This document shows, one piece after another, positions 37,852 to 50,958 of a stretch of DNA of 64,000 bases (the first letter of the stretch is position 1; each line of letters begins with the position of its first letter). The DNA comes from Balanoglossus misakiensis. Its lineage: Eukaryota > Animalia > Hemichordata. Position numbers and translations under genes: made by a program. Below the pieces are notes generated by a model. The model was not told the origin of the DNA, searched no databases, and saw only the letters and a program-made list of their open reading frames with translations. The DNA is taken from assembly GCA_040954595.2 (NCBI GenBank), contig CM082598.2:5781097-5845096 (forward strand). The letters run 5' to 3'.

Positions 37852-38868
37852 AGGCAAGAGATCGTCTCACGCGCATGCGCGTAACTTCCATTCAAATAGT
37901 GGACTGCCTTCGCTTCCTTCCATATTTCATGCGCACCGTATAAGTAGATTCTGGTTTTGTCCCTCCTTTTCACCCAAGCTGGTGTCTTTTCCCGATCTCC
38001 GACACAGATTATGGTCGCCGCCATCTTCTCTGTTGTTAGGACAGAGCACTGACTTAAGGTGGCATTGCATGAAACCGTCGAAACTTTTTCAGAGGCCTAT
38101 TTCTCATCAAAGACAACGTTAAAACCCCCATAAACCATATATATTCTGGAAGCTGAGTTTTTGAACTTTTGTTTGAGTTGAAATATTATTGATCCCCGGA
38201 AATGGTGGCGATTTTGGGTTAAAAAAACAGTTTTTGATATTATGTCATTAAATTTAAATTAAGTAAAAAAGTTGACCATGCATCATGCATCTCAATATGT
38301 CATTCGAAACTAGAGTACACGTGCAAAAAACGGTAATTTTGTTTTGCGTGATCTGCTTCCATTAAGGAGTAACAGCGTTTGAAAGTTAGATTTTTAGTAA
38401 AATTTGATCAAATTCACGGTGAGTTGTATTGAATCAGAGTTTATTCCCGCCAGGGACACTTTATCGACTAACAAAAATACCGATTTGTTGGATGGGTCAT
38501 ACACAATCCCCTGTTAAAATTTGAGCAAATTCGGCCAACGCAGAGCGAAGCGAATTTCTTCTGAAGTTGTCAAGAGCAGCGAAAATTCAAACTGAGAAAA
38601 ACGGCCATTTGCATAGTTGACACCTATTTGTTAAGCTGTGAACTCATTCAGAAAAGTGCTATTTTGGGGTGATTATGCACCATTTCCGCCAAGACGTATT
38701 AGTCAGGATGTGGGTCAGTATTAGGCCTACCGATTTATGTAAAAAAAGTAAAATTTGGCAAAAATCACAACTTTTCATGCAATGCCACCTTAATGGGATT
38801 GACTGTTCACTAAACGTCTGTAACCAGCGGCTACAGCTGGAACATGCGTGTGAGACGAGCTAGGCGCT
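37852..38868. mobile_element. Family E TTAA-flanked element carrying a nested family D element
   Basis: ttaa|AGGCAAGAGATCGTCTCACGCGCATG ... CATGCGTGTGAGACGAGCTAGGCGCT|ttaa; uninterrupted copies at about 49420-49710 (inverted) and about 55005-55308. Confidence 0.8.
38058..38789. mobile_element. Kolobok-like non-autonomous DNA transposon, family D
   Basis: Perfect TIR GGTGGCATTGCATGAAA / TTTCATGCAATGCCACC with TTAA duplication; a one-ended inverted copy lies at about 39160-39406. Confidence 0.88.
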
Positions 38869-39159
38869 TTAAAACGTTCCCGTAAAACGTGTAGCAACCC
38901 TGTAACGCCAAATAAAATGTTTGTTCTGCCACAAACACCTGCTACTGCCTGCCAGCCATGGGCAAAACACGTGTTGGCAACATTTGTTTCAAGTACATGT
39001 GTACATTGACATTTGTGAATTTTATTGTGAGCTTGGCGTCCCCATGTGAGCAGTTGTCCAGAGTTCGCTCCAACCGTCACGGCGTGACATCAAGACTTAG
39101 TGAAAACGAATGCTTCAGCGCTGACGGTATGTTGCACGCTGGAATTTAGAGAGGCCCAT

Positions 39160-39406
39160 ATTAAGATGCATGATGCATGGTCAACTTTTTTTACCTAATT
39201 CAAATTGAGTGACATAATATAAAAAAAAAACGTTTTTTTTTTAACCCAAAAACGCCACTATTTCCGGGGGTCAATAAAATATGCAACTCAAAGAAAAGTT
39301 CAAAAACTCAGCTTCCAGAATATGTATGGTTTATAGGCGTTTTAACGTTGTCTTTGATGAGAAATAGGCCTCCGAAAAAGTCTCGACGGTTTCATGCAAT
39401 GCCACC
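39160..39406 (-). mobile_element. Partial family D element (one end)
   Basis: Reverse complement of about 38058-38300, ending ...catgcaatgccacc|ttaa. Confidence 0.8.
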
Positions 39407-40521
39407 TTAAAACAACACTACAATAGGCACACATGTATATCTGTAGCCTCGGACAATCTTTGTTCAGTTTTCTTATGAATGCGGACGGCATATCAAGCTT
39501 ACATCGATGAAAGCAATACCGAGGGATATACCCGACACTGACTTCGTCCACGCCCCCCCACACACACACCGCCGCATGCATTTAACCCACTTGTCGATTG
39601 AAGGCGGCATATTGTTGATTGATCCGGTTTGGTTAGATTTTGTCGACAACTCATTAAATCATACTTTAAGTATGTGCATTTATTTGTTTTCTGAGATATC
39701 GATTTATTTTTTCTTGGGTACGACATGAACAAAATTAACAATAGAAATAATTTGCTTTGAACGCCCGCCCGCAAATCGTAATCTGCTAAGCCAAGGATTA
39801 ACTTACCCATTTTAGAAAGACGCATCGATAATAGTTACTTGGCTTATATATTCGAGAAGTGGTTAGTTCTTGAGCGCATGCGCATGACGAAGGAATGTTG
39901 TTTGTAGCCGCAGGATGACGTTGTGACATGGTAAAATGTTGGTCTCTTAAGATAGCAGCAGTGCATCGCAGGCTTAATGATAGACAAGTTTATCATTCCA
40001 CAGGCGTTCCTCAGCCTGAACTCAATTTTAGAAAGACCATAAAATTTTACGCGGCACTTGAAGTGATTGGTTACCGTTGAATGGGTTTTAAAAGAGGCTA
40101 TCGTGTTAGCGTGGGTTTTTTTATGCAGTCACCAATGAACACTATTTAGACACGACTGTGTATTGTCTATCGCGGTGCTCATGTCACACACAAAGGGAAG
40201 ATTAAACTCCGGCAGCAACAAACGTATTATACATCTACAGATTCCAAGTCATATCTGTTCCTTACTGGCACTCAATTATGGATCATCGCTTGCCATTATT
40301 ATAAATAAGGGTCTCAAGTTGAGAAGAAGTCAGAAGGGGGAAAGTGGTAAAACTGGCTATATTGTTGCATGAAGCCAACTTTGAGGAGACGTTGACTGCG
40401 AGGGAATCGGCCGTATCGGACGCCGTGAAACTTCTTGTCAGTGAAGTGAATTCTTGCAAAATATTGTCCCTACAAAAGAAGAAACGAAAATACTGAGCTG
40501 GAAGAATACTCTCAAAATTAA

Positions 40522-40648
40522 AGGGACAAAGTCTCTCTCTCGCTGCCCCTTTTCCGTTAATTATATTATTTGATACAAGACTACGTAAATGTTTTTCTAC
40601 ATGTGGATATATAGGGAATCAACGTTTAACCACATACAAATTGTCCCT
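40522..40648. mobile_element. Internally deleted family B MITE (127 bp)
   Basis: ttaa|AGGGACAA...TTGTCCCT|ttaa. Confidence 0.8.
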
Positions 40649-41932
40649 TTAATAGGAATTTATAAGTGTGCAGTACTTGAAGCATAATTGAAATAGAGAG
40701 GTAATTCACGCCAGGTACATGTAGTTCACGCTAAGAGACTCGCTTGAAAATTGCCAGGTTAGTGAACTTTTGAAGTAAACCTAATTTCAATACGTTGCCA
40801 TGACGACACACCTGAACAGTCTTCTGTTGTTAGTATGCATGGTATCACCAACGTGTTTCACAAAATCTTTACAATCGTCATTCCTCGGGGAAATTATATT
40901 TGTCCAGTCAGTAACATAATAATCACTTTAATAATATATATTTGAAGAGACCTATTTGTATACATGGCAACCTGATATTAGACATCGTATATTTTATTTA
41001 CGCTTACAGTGTTTCCCATTAAGGCCCTATAGCTGCCAAATTTCACATATTTTTCCCACAGTAAAATATTTCAAATATATTCCCTATCCTCTAAAATCCT
41101 CATTATTAAGCCATATTACTTGCATTTGCATCAGTTTGTCAACTCTTGGCGACACATACCACGATAGTTTTGAGCAGTTTATATGGAGGCCGATTAAACG
41201 GGTGCAGCACCGGTTTAATATCACTTGTTCCAATTGCAACATACAGCCACAATCGGGCATTGATAAGATGTATACCTATCAGTAAGCTTATTTCTATGTA
41301 CCAGTCTCAGTTGGAAAATAAAATCATGAAAATAATGTGAAAAGTGGCAGCTCTAGAGGCTTTAAATATTGAATATGCTTCTTTGAACGGGTGTTTCAAA
41401 TGCACAAGATAGAACAAGCATAACCTATGTTTCGATTCTCCTCGCCAATTCCATACACGTTTTACCTTATTACTAAAACACTTAAGTTCGTCTGTTTCAT
41501 GTTTCAAACACCGCAGGCAGACGGTTACAGCTATCCAATTGAGTGACTGCAGCAAATCAAGAGAAATATCGCCTTCGTTAAAATGAATGCAGCTAGTTTC
41601 AGAGCATGTGATACCGAGTAGAGATAATGGTCTGTCGCAGTCAGACCGACTGAAGGACGAGCTGTGCGGGCGATAAGGAGGCTCCAACATTTACTTTTAT
41701 CACACATCAAATTCTAACGCAACAATGGACATTTCATACACGGTTTATTGTCACGACACAGCGTGGCCGAATGTAATAAGATATCACAATGCAAAACAGA
41801 TGTGCTGGAGATATAATCTGTGCAGGTATTATCATTGTAGAAAAAAGGGATTGGGGGTCACTCTTAAAGGGGTTTCGAGCAACTCCAATTTAGTTCTTTT
41901 CTAAGAGAAATCAACATAATTCTAGCAATTAT

Positions 41933-42170
41933 GTAGACTAGCCCACTAGTCGCTTGGTGATTTTTAAATCTCAATACTTTTTGTGTTTTCAGTGTTTTTT
42001 TTTGTCTTAATAAATAATGTCAATAATTTTTGCGTGCATGCTTGCCTTGAGCGTGTTTTTGGTAGTGAGGTGAGTTTCGAATTTGGGACTGAGCTTGTGG
42101 TTTCCGGTAGCGTATGGGCCTGCACGTTCCCTACACATAATGAAGCCCATAGACTTGGAGCAAGTCTAGC
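41933..42170. repeat. Dispersed repeat related to about 60920-61300
   Basis: Shared tgatttttaaatctcaatactttttgtg and aatgaagccc.tagact.ggagcaa.tctag. Confidence 0.65.
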
Positions 42171-42813
42171 AGTTATGGTAAATAACAGTTTGTCCGTATG
42201 GTTTGCCGCAAAACATGCACGTGTTAACTGTCAAATTTCTGCAACGATATATCCATGTATTGCAAACCACGCTATTATAGACGTACATGTATTGTACCTG
42301 ATTCTGCTTAAACCAATAAATCAACACCTGGCCGTCAGATATCGCAAAAATGGAAATTGCAAAATCTTTATCCACGTTTGTTGTTCAATTTTATCTATGA
42401 TTCAAATCCCCTATCGGAACATATGATGTATCGTAGAGTAGTCTGAATTTTGTTATGAATTGGATTTGTTTGGACACAGCCGTGATACCAATAATCATCC
42501 CATGCTCTAATGCGGTACGTAAATGCACGTTTATGTAATAACTCAATGAAAATCTATTCTATGTCAAAGAAAATTCATTGATAATGGCCAATTTCTCGGT
42601 AGCTCAGCCCGCCATAATGTCACTGATCTACAAAGAGTGGTTTAAAATCAACATTAGACCTGTTCAAATACTGCACTGCAGACAATGGTATTGTAACCTT
42701 CAATAACGGCTGTTTAATGAAAGCTATTCGATTGGCAATTATGTCAACAGCAGCTGTTACTCGTCATCGATCTGTATCACCAAGTGGGCCTCACAGTACT
42801 CTACAAATATTAA

Positions 42814-43010
42814 CCCTTTAAATGGTAAAATGAACGCTCATCGCTATTTTCACTAATTATTTTCTTAATTTTGATCAAGACCTGTAGGCATTGGAAAATA
42901 ATGTCCACTTCATCCAAAATTAAGGAATTTATCCGAGAAAAATAATGAACAATTGAGAAAATGTTGCACCATTATTTTGGTAGCAAAAAGCGTGCATGGC
43001 ATTTAAAAGG
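42814..43010. mobile_element. piggyBac-like MITE
   Basis: ttaa|CCCTTTAAATG ... CATTTAAAAGG|ttaa (CC..GG termini with TTAA duplication). Confidence 0.6.
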
Positions 43011-43068
43011 TTAAAGGTTAATGCTGTCGCATAAGGTCCTAATTATAATTGACTGTAACAAGAGCAGC

Positions 43069-43070
<2 letters not shown>

Positions 43071-43152
<82 letters not shown>
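43071..43152. repeat. (CAT)n microsatellite
   Basis: Pure run. Confidence 0.97.
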
Positions 43153-43999
43153 TTCTTAACTATCGCAAACCACAGGGAAAATGTTCAATGAATACAACAG
43201 TTCAGAACCTGAACGGCGGATTTTTGTGTTCGCTCGAGTTGAAATCTCTTCCCTACGTCAGCGTTATCAAGGGACTGCTATGAATTGCCCTGACATATGT
43301 TTTCCATATCAGTTGAATCGCTATATACGGTCGGCAAAACCTACCCCGCCAAGAGACACTTAGTGAAGAATATCAAGCATATGGGAGTTGTTATCGTATC
43401 AACTCGGTCCGCTTTCTTAGAATCTTAAAGTGTGCGAAAACATGAACAACTAAGTTTTTATATCAAGGATTTCTGCGGAATTTCGTGTTGTTTTGAACTC
43501 TAAAGTGATTTTGCCAACACATCCGTTTCAGGGTGGGCCGAAGGAATCAGGGGGAGGGTCACATTTTACAGTCCAGGTGTACGGTAAACCCCCCCCCCCC
43601 CCTCGTAATAACTGAAGGCCCCCTTTCCTCTGAATAACGTTGACACATCGCCCCGGATCAATTTGTCTGACACGGTCCCATTCAACTACATGTTTCCTCT
43701 CAAGTAGATTGAATTGACAATATAATTGCAGCAGTGAAACGTGATGACTAGGAACGCCTGTTAGATTTATCATTCTGACCTCTTTCGTGCTAACGTCAAC
43801 TGCTTCGCATTTGAGAGAAATCAAACCCTCGAGGTTTGCTATTAGACTTGTGCGTTGACCATTATTCATACGGAACTTTCGAACTACGGTTCTAATTGCA
43901 CAACCAAGAAGAACATCTTCATGATTTGTATAGTATATTCGTAGAGTAATGTCGACCATTTGCCTGTGATATTTTCTCCGTTGCGCTGTGGTTTAAAGT

Positions 44000-44235
44000 G
44001 AAAGGGTCGTCGCGCCGCGTTTGTTTGTTTGTTTATAAACATCACAATCCATCCACAAATCCCTGAAATTTGATAATTCTTAGAATGAACAAAGCAGCCA
44101 ACCGTAGTGTAGACTGGGTGTGACAGCAACTAAAGATCCTAGTATGTCATGGCGACTGCAGTGTGGTTTGTGCTGGTATGGGAGGACATATTCTCGTCAA
44201 GGGGGACACCCACGCGGCGCGACGACAACTTTCCC
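44000..44235. repeat. Dispersed repeat with copies at about 53192-53400 (direct) and about 50380-50525 (inverted)
   Basis: tttgtttgtttataaac...atccacaaatccctgaaatt.gataattcttagaat is shared. Confidence 0.8.
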
Positions 44236-45913
44236 TTAATAGAATTTATCCACACTATATTAACTTGAATATTATGTATTTATACTGATCGCAACAGTGC
44301 CCTACACTTAAACATTAACTGATAAGTTTGATTAAATTCATTGCATGGTCGTCAGTCATTGCTCCCTGCCCTTGCTTTTATTTATTGTTCCGTATTTATG
44401 AACCTTTTTACGACATTTCTAAGTCTTGGTTTAAGTCAATGAGGTTTAAAGATCAACTCAACCTTGACATAAAGCAATTGCATAGCCGTGTTTGCTATGT
44501 AAACATTGCATCGATCCACCCTGCAATGTTAAATCTAAATATGCTGATTCAATGAATAAATGTTTCACAGACTTGAATACGGAAAGACGATTTCTGAATG
44601 ACAAAATAAGACATGGGATCTGGGCAACGCTGACAGATTATCCAAAATCACTCTCAGGAAGTTGAAATTTCATTTTAAGAAACCCGATTCCGGCCGTCGG
44701 CAAGTTTTCAATTTAGAGTTATTCAGTCAACAAATAATATCAGTTGTTGTTTTGCAATGTGTAAATGTAACCGTATTTTATTTTGTACCGAAGACCTTTA
44801 TGAAGCAAAGTAGTGAGTTGTCTCAAATGAACAATTGTGATGAAATACATGCACTCATTAGTCATCATTATATAGTTAGTCGCTTGGTCGTCAATAGGCT
44901 ATCAGTATGTTAATTAATATGGCGGGAAATATTTTTTTTAGGATAACGGTTAACTATCACACATTAGAATGGAATATATTTGAATAGAAATTTAACCTCG
45001 GTGACTTGGGGCTTTCTGTAAAAAAATCCGTTCGCAATCAATTGGAAATAGATCAGCTAACTAGGATTTCAATTACATTCTGACGATGATAGCTTACCTT
45101 CGTTTTGATGCGAGCGTGCGCGCCGGGCGTGCGCGTCCCTCTCTGCTGTAAAATCGTCGATGGCACTGTATGTCTTTTTGATTTATGAAACGACTACGAG
45201 TTCTCAGCATGTCTCAATATCCGCGCAACACTTCAGCATTGAAAACGCCCAGGCCTCGAATTATGTTCTTGTAACTGCTAAATTGGAAATAGTGTTCTAC
45301 ATCTGTCTGCTGTAAAGCCACAATGATATATCGTTCCACAGCTGAGAGATCGGACTCCCTAACTCGGTCACTTTGTAACTTTCGCCACCGGGAGAGTGGT
45401 TTCTTTCTGTTCGAAAACAATTACCAGCAATATACCGTTGACCAGAAGATCTTCTAGAAATCAAGTTATATTGTTGTTAAAATAAAATTTGAAGACCCAG
45501 TTGCGCTAACTGGGGTTAACTTCAAATGGAATTCCCTTGGTGGACATCGTAAAATGTGCAGTATATGGAGTACGTAATATAGTTTATGTCAACATAATAT
45601 CTTGGCTCGATATTAATGACCACAAAATGCCAGCTTTGAGACGCTACTCACACAATCATGAAGTCAATTCATTGGACCGAGGAACTCCACGCTACAGTAT
45701 TTTTCCCCTTTAGCGTAGCACAGCCAGCAGTGGGACTGGGGCAGGGGACCAGACTAGGTCGGTCCGGCCGTCTGTCTATCTGTCTGCCCGCCTGCCTTCT
45801 ATCTATTCTCCCAGTCGGTTCACACCAATGTGAACCGACATTGGTTCATAAAAAATCTGATCCACTCTTGTAATCCTTGTAAGTCATATAACCCTTTGTC
45901 AATGTTGCAGATT

Positions 45914-46006
45914 GTTCATTCATTCATTCATTCATTCATTCATTCATTCATTCATTCATTCATTCATTCATTCATTCATTCATTCATTCATTCATTCATT
46001 CATTCA
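45914..46006. repeat. (TTCA)n microsatellite
   Basis: Direct reading of the sequence. Confidence 0.95.
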
Positions 46007-46686
46007 CATTGTCCATGTACATCTCATACAGTCATTAGTTATTTATGGTAAAAATATCATGAAACTTTTATTTTTAATCTATTTTTCTTCGTTCTTCACA
46101 CTCACTTTTATCTTTTCGTTTCCATTTCTCGGCCACGGACTATTTCAGGTTATTATTCTGTATTCATCTGTCTGTGTTTGCTTTTGGTCAAATGGCTTTG
46201 AGAGTACACTCTGTGTTTTATTTGCCAATTATCTGTAGGCCTACGTTTAATGTAATTATTCTTTGGCAAGCAAACAAAACAATGACCTGCGTTGAAAGCA
46301 TGAACGGCAACTTTACACTGTGGACTACAAATGAGGGCGTCGTGTCCTATGAGACCGTGATACGCATGCGTCGTCTTCGGTTGGGTCTACAAGACATTGA
46401 CGTGCAACTCTGATTAAGTCCACGAAATACTCATATTATGTCATCACAACCAAGATCCGTTTTGTTACAAGTACATCCAATTATCAAAATAATCATGATC
46501 CTGCTTGGCGCGAAAAACAAAGCAAGAACACTGATGTTACGAAACTGAAGACAATAATATCAATATTAATTGAAAGCATATGATATTGAAAGATGGTATA
46601 ATACAAAAATGTGACAGATATCTCAGTAAATACCAGCCTGGGTTATCAGCAATTTGGAAAGTGAACGAGTAGACATTTTCGTCACT

Positions 46687-49600
46687 TCATACCCACAGAA
46701 AATCAAATCCAAAAATTATATACAAAGCAAGACCAGCGGCGCATATCAAAACTAAATTTATATTTAAAATAACTACATCTCGTTTCGACTGTTTGATGTC
46801 TGTTAGTTTGGCTTCCAAAGCTCTTCTTTCCTCCTCTGATAAGTCTTCCTCGGTGTTACTGGTATATCCAGATCCAGTTATACACACCACCACATTTGGA
46901 CGATTCTGCAAGTGCGAGATGGGCGAAAGTTAGAAAAGAAAGAAACTTAAAGGGACAAAGTCTCTCTCACGTTGCCCCTTTTTCATTATTATGTTTGATA
47001 CAAGACACCGTTTATGTTATTCTACATGTGGATATAGTGAATCAACAACGTTCAACCACACACAACTTCTATCCAACTTGTAGACACGAGTGAAAAACTC
47101 GCCAAAATGAATAATCGGTGTTTACCTTTTATTCATTTTGGCGGGATTTTTACTCTCATATCCTACAAACGGGATGCATGGAAGTTGTGTGTGGTTGAAC
47201 GTTCATTCACTACATATACACATGTAGAATAACATAAATGGTGTCTTGTGTCAAACATAATTAATGGAAAAGGGGCAGCGAGAGAGAGACTTTGTCCCTT
47301 TAATATGATCATAACCTAACAGAAATAAAAGACGTACGTGTATTTAGATGTTAAAATGCTGAATATTAAAACAAAATCGTTCCAAGCATACAAAATGTAT
47401 AACAGCAACTACAATAATCGGAATGCATTTTGAAGTAGCCTTCAACTCGAGTGAACCGCCGTCCAAACACAGAAGTTATCATGTGATTTTAAGCTGATTT
47501 GCATATTGGCGAGGATAACGCATGCGCAGTTACGTTTACGAAGAGACACGTAAAAATGACAATGGTTTAGAGGTGGCAGAACTTACTACAGAATTCTTTT
47601 TACTAGCAACGAATGCCAAACTAGCAACACCGGCTTTCTTTGAGGGTGCCACCGGCTTTCTTTGAGGGGGCCCGACACGTTATCTCTAAAATTGTAACAA
47701 CGTCACAATTTAGTAGACAAAGAGGCGCCCCCCATCCCAATTGCGCAGTTGAAGTACGTGCGTGTTGAGAGAGACGTGTCGACTCGAACACTGCTCTACG
47801 AAGCTCGTAGTTACCTTCTTACCGGGACATTTGTACTTGAACGGACTGGGTTCCTCCCACTTCAGGTCGGTAGATTCCTGTGAAGCAGAGACGTGAATTT
47901 TGCGGTTCCTAGTGCCGCGGGTTGCAGTGTATCCCGTCTGTTGAACTTTTTTTAGAGATTGAGATGAGAATTAGCAGTGTAGGATAGAGACGACGTACCA
48001 AACTGCCGTGTTGTATTCTGAATTTGTGTTGAAATAAATACGACGGAAGAGTTTGAACGGCATTGCTGAGTGGACTGATAGTTTTGTGGCAAATTCGGGC
48101 GTGCGAGGCCGCCGCTAACCTTGCCGCGATCACCCGGCCGCTTGAGAACTTTCTCGACCTACGCATGAACTTGTTGTTTGTGGCAGCAATCGTGACATGT
48201 TACGTTGTTTGAAAAAAAACGTTGACGCGTCAATGCGCCCAGTGGCGGACGCCACATGAATTTTTTTCAGATCTGGCTTTTTCAACGTGTTTGTTTGGCG
48301 TTCATGATTTAGTATATATCCATGTTCTTGTTCCACTATTTCCCATTCCAAAAACCCCAAAGTTTTAAACGTGTACACTTTGACTAGAAAAGGCCTCAGA
48401 CACCTTCATATGCTGTCCGGCAGCCGGGGTGGGATATCCGACTGCGGTGCAGCTCAAAGTGGCGTGGAGCTGGTCATGTTGGGAACAGTGCAGCCGGCCG
48501 GTGGATCGACGTCCCACACTTTCATACCCGCCGGCGTGCGGCAATCGGCAAGAACCCATCGGGAGGAACCCAGTCCGTTCAAGCGCAAATGTCCCGGTCA
48601 GAAGGTAACTACGAGCTTCGTAGAGCAGCGTTCGACACGCTAAACAACTCTCGTCGTCCGTGTTCAAGTCAGTCTCCAACCCCTTTCTGTTCACGTCTCT
48701 CTCTCAACACGCACGTACTTCAACTGCGCAATTGGGATGGGGGGACGCCTCTTTGTCTAGTACATTGTGACGTTGTTACAATTTTAGAGATAACGCGTTG
48801 CTGGCATGAAAGAAATACGATGTTGCCAGTTTGCCGTTTGGTGCTGGTAAAAAGAATTCCGTGGTAAATAACATCTTACTTTTGATTTCAGTGTCGACTT
48901 TTCCAACTTCTTCATCCTTTCCAGATTCCACGTCTACACTTTCATCTCCCTTCTTATCGTTGTCATGGTGACCACCCGAAGCCGATTTACCAATGTCGCC
49001 TTCATCATCCGACAGACTGTCTTCTTTATTCAACTCGTCCATTTTGATTTTGTCAAAATCGTCATCAAATGATTTGTTTACGTTCCCATTTTCTTCGACA
49101 GGTTTTTGGTCTAAGTTATCATCAAGATCTTGGTTCACGCTATGTCGAGTCCAAAATGTAAGTCGGTTAAACTGAAAGAAGATATCATCAAAGGTGAGTT
49201 TAATTCAACGCGTAAAATCAATTCAAGTTTTTTTTTATTAAAATCATTTCATACTTTTCATGGTGGAAATGTTCTTTCTAAGGTACATGTAGTACTACTT
49301 CAGGGATAGAGACTAAAATTTCAGAAAATGGAAAAAATGGCCAATTTTGTTCGTTTTCTGAACGTTAAACCGAGATATGTTTTGTATACTCTTAATTCAT
49401 TCCATCACGTTCCCATTTAAAGCGCCTAGCTCGTCTCACACGCATGTTCCAGCTGTAGCCGCTGGTTACAGACGTTTAGTGAACAGTCAATCCCATAAGG
49501 CAGTGCTCTGTCCTAACAACAGACAAGATGGCGGCGACCATAATCTGTGTCGGAGATCGGGAAAAGACACTAGCTTGGGTCAAAAGGAGGAACAAAACCA

Positions 49601-50901
49601 GAATCTACTAATACGGTGCACATGAAATATGGAAGGAAGCGAAGGCAGTCCACTATTTGAATGCATCGAACGGAAAATTAGCTGGGCAGTTACGCGCATG
49701 CGCGTGAGACTACCGGCTACTTTTACTGCAAGTAGTTACTTTGTTTTGGATTTTGAAATAGTGTGTTATTTTGGGAATCTTGTCGTTGGCTGAACTTACC
49801 CTCTCCTTCGGTGCTGGCTTGGTCAGAAGACTGATGATAACACAAAGGATGATGGTCAACCAAAACAAGATAGTGGCCACATAGAAATAATGGACTTTTG
49901 AAATAATGGCGGGTCGTGTGTCTTCTTCACCACATGCTGGATCTGGATAAATGATGACTAAGATGAATCTGGTGACACCGCCAAGAAGTCCGACCATTAG
50001 TGACCAGAATGTCCCCTGAAAGTAAGACCTGAAAGTTAGACTGCTGGTCTCTTGTTACTCTTTTGTTAAGGAAGGGACAAAGTCTCTCTCTCGCTGCCCT
50101 TTTTCCATTAATTATATTTGACACAACACACCAATTATGTTATTCTACATGTGGATATATAGTGAATCAACATTCAACCACACACAACTTCTATCCCACT
50201 TGTATGAATAAGTGGTGTTTACCATTTATTCATTTTGGCGAGATTTTTACTCTGAGTTCATATCCTACAAACGGGATGGAAATTGTGTGTCGTTGAATTT
50301 GGATTCACTATATATCCACATGTAGAATTACATAAACGGTGTCTTGTATCAAACATAATTAATGGAAAAAGGCCAACACCTACTAGGCTCTTCAGTTGCT
50401 GTCATGCCCAGTCTACGCTACGGTTGGCTGCCTCGTTCATTCTAAGAATTATCTAATTTCAGGGATTCGTGGATGAATTGTAATGTTTATAAACAAACAA
50501 AACAAACGCGGCGCACGAACCCCTTCGCTTATTAGTTTATGGAAATTTGCAAATTTGTTAACTTGCCACAAACGTCAGCTAAACCCGAATCCTTTCACCA
50601 AAAAAGACTTGAACAAGAAGATGAAATGTTGTGGTTGGAAACAAACTTACTTGTTCTGTCGTCCTTTCCCAAAACACCGCAAGAACGAAAACAGCAGCTA
50701 CTGGTGGCGTCAGATAACCGCTGATTTCTTGAATGTAGTGCCACAGCTGACCTCCCTGACTATTGGCTATCATTGGAATCCATAATATGCTAGTTATAGC
50801 CAGGAACCCCACGAACACTCTGATGAAGGAACAGTTTGATTTGACAATGATAACTCTTGGAGATGAAGGAAATAGTATATTACACGCACTCTGTTTGTCT
50901 A

Positions 50902-50958
<57 letters not shown>

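Noticed and set aside
37670-38122. 150-aa ORF and related ORFs at 49377 and 54960
   Set aside because: They lie within non-autonomous family E/D repeats, with no transposase motifs and frames not conserved between copies.
46687-46911. ORF-track N-terminus [14 protein letters not shown] as the true start of SLC5A exon 14
   Set aside because: It needs a phase-0 junction but the upstream exon ends in phase 1, and the phase-1 frame gives the conserved NWI(CG) motif.
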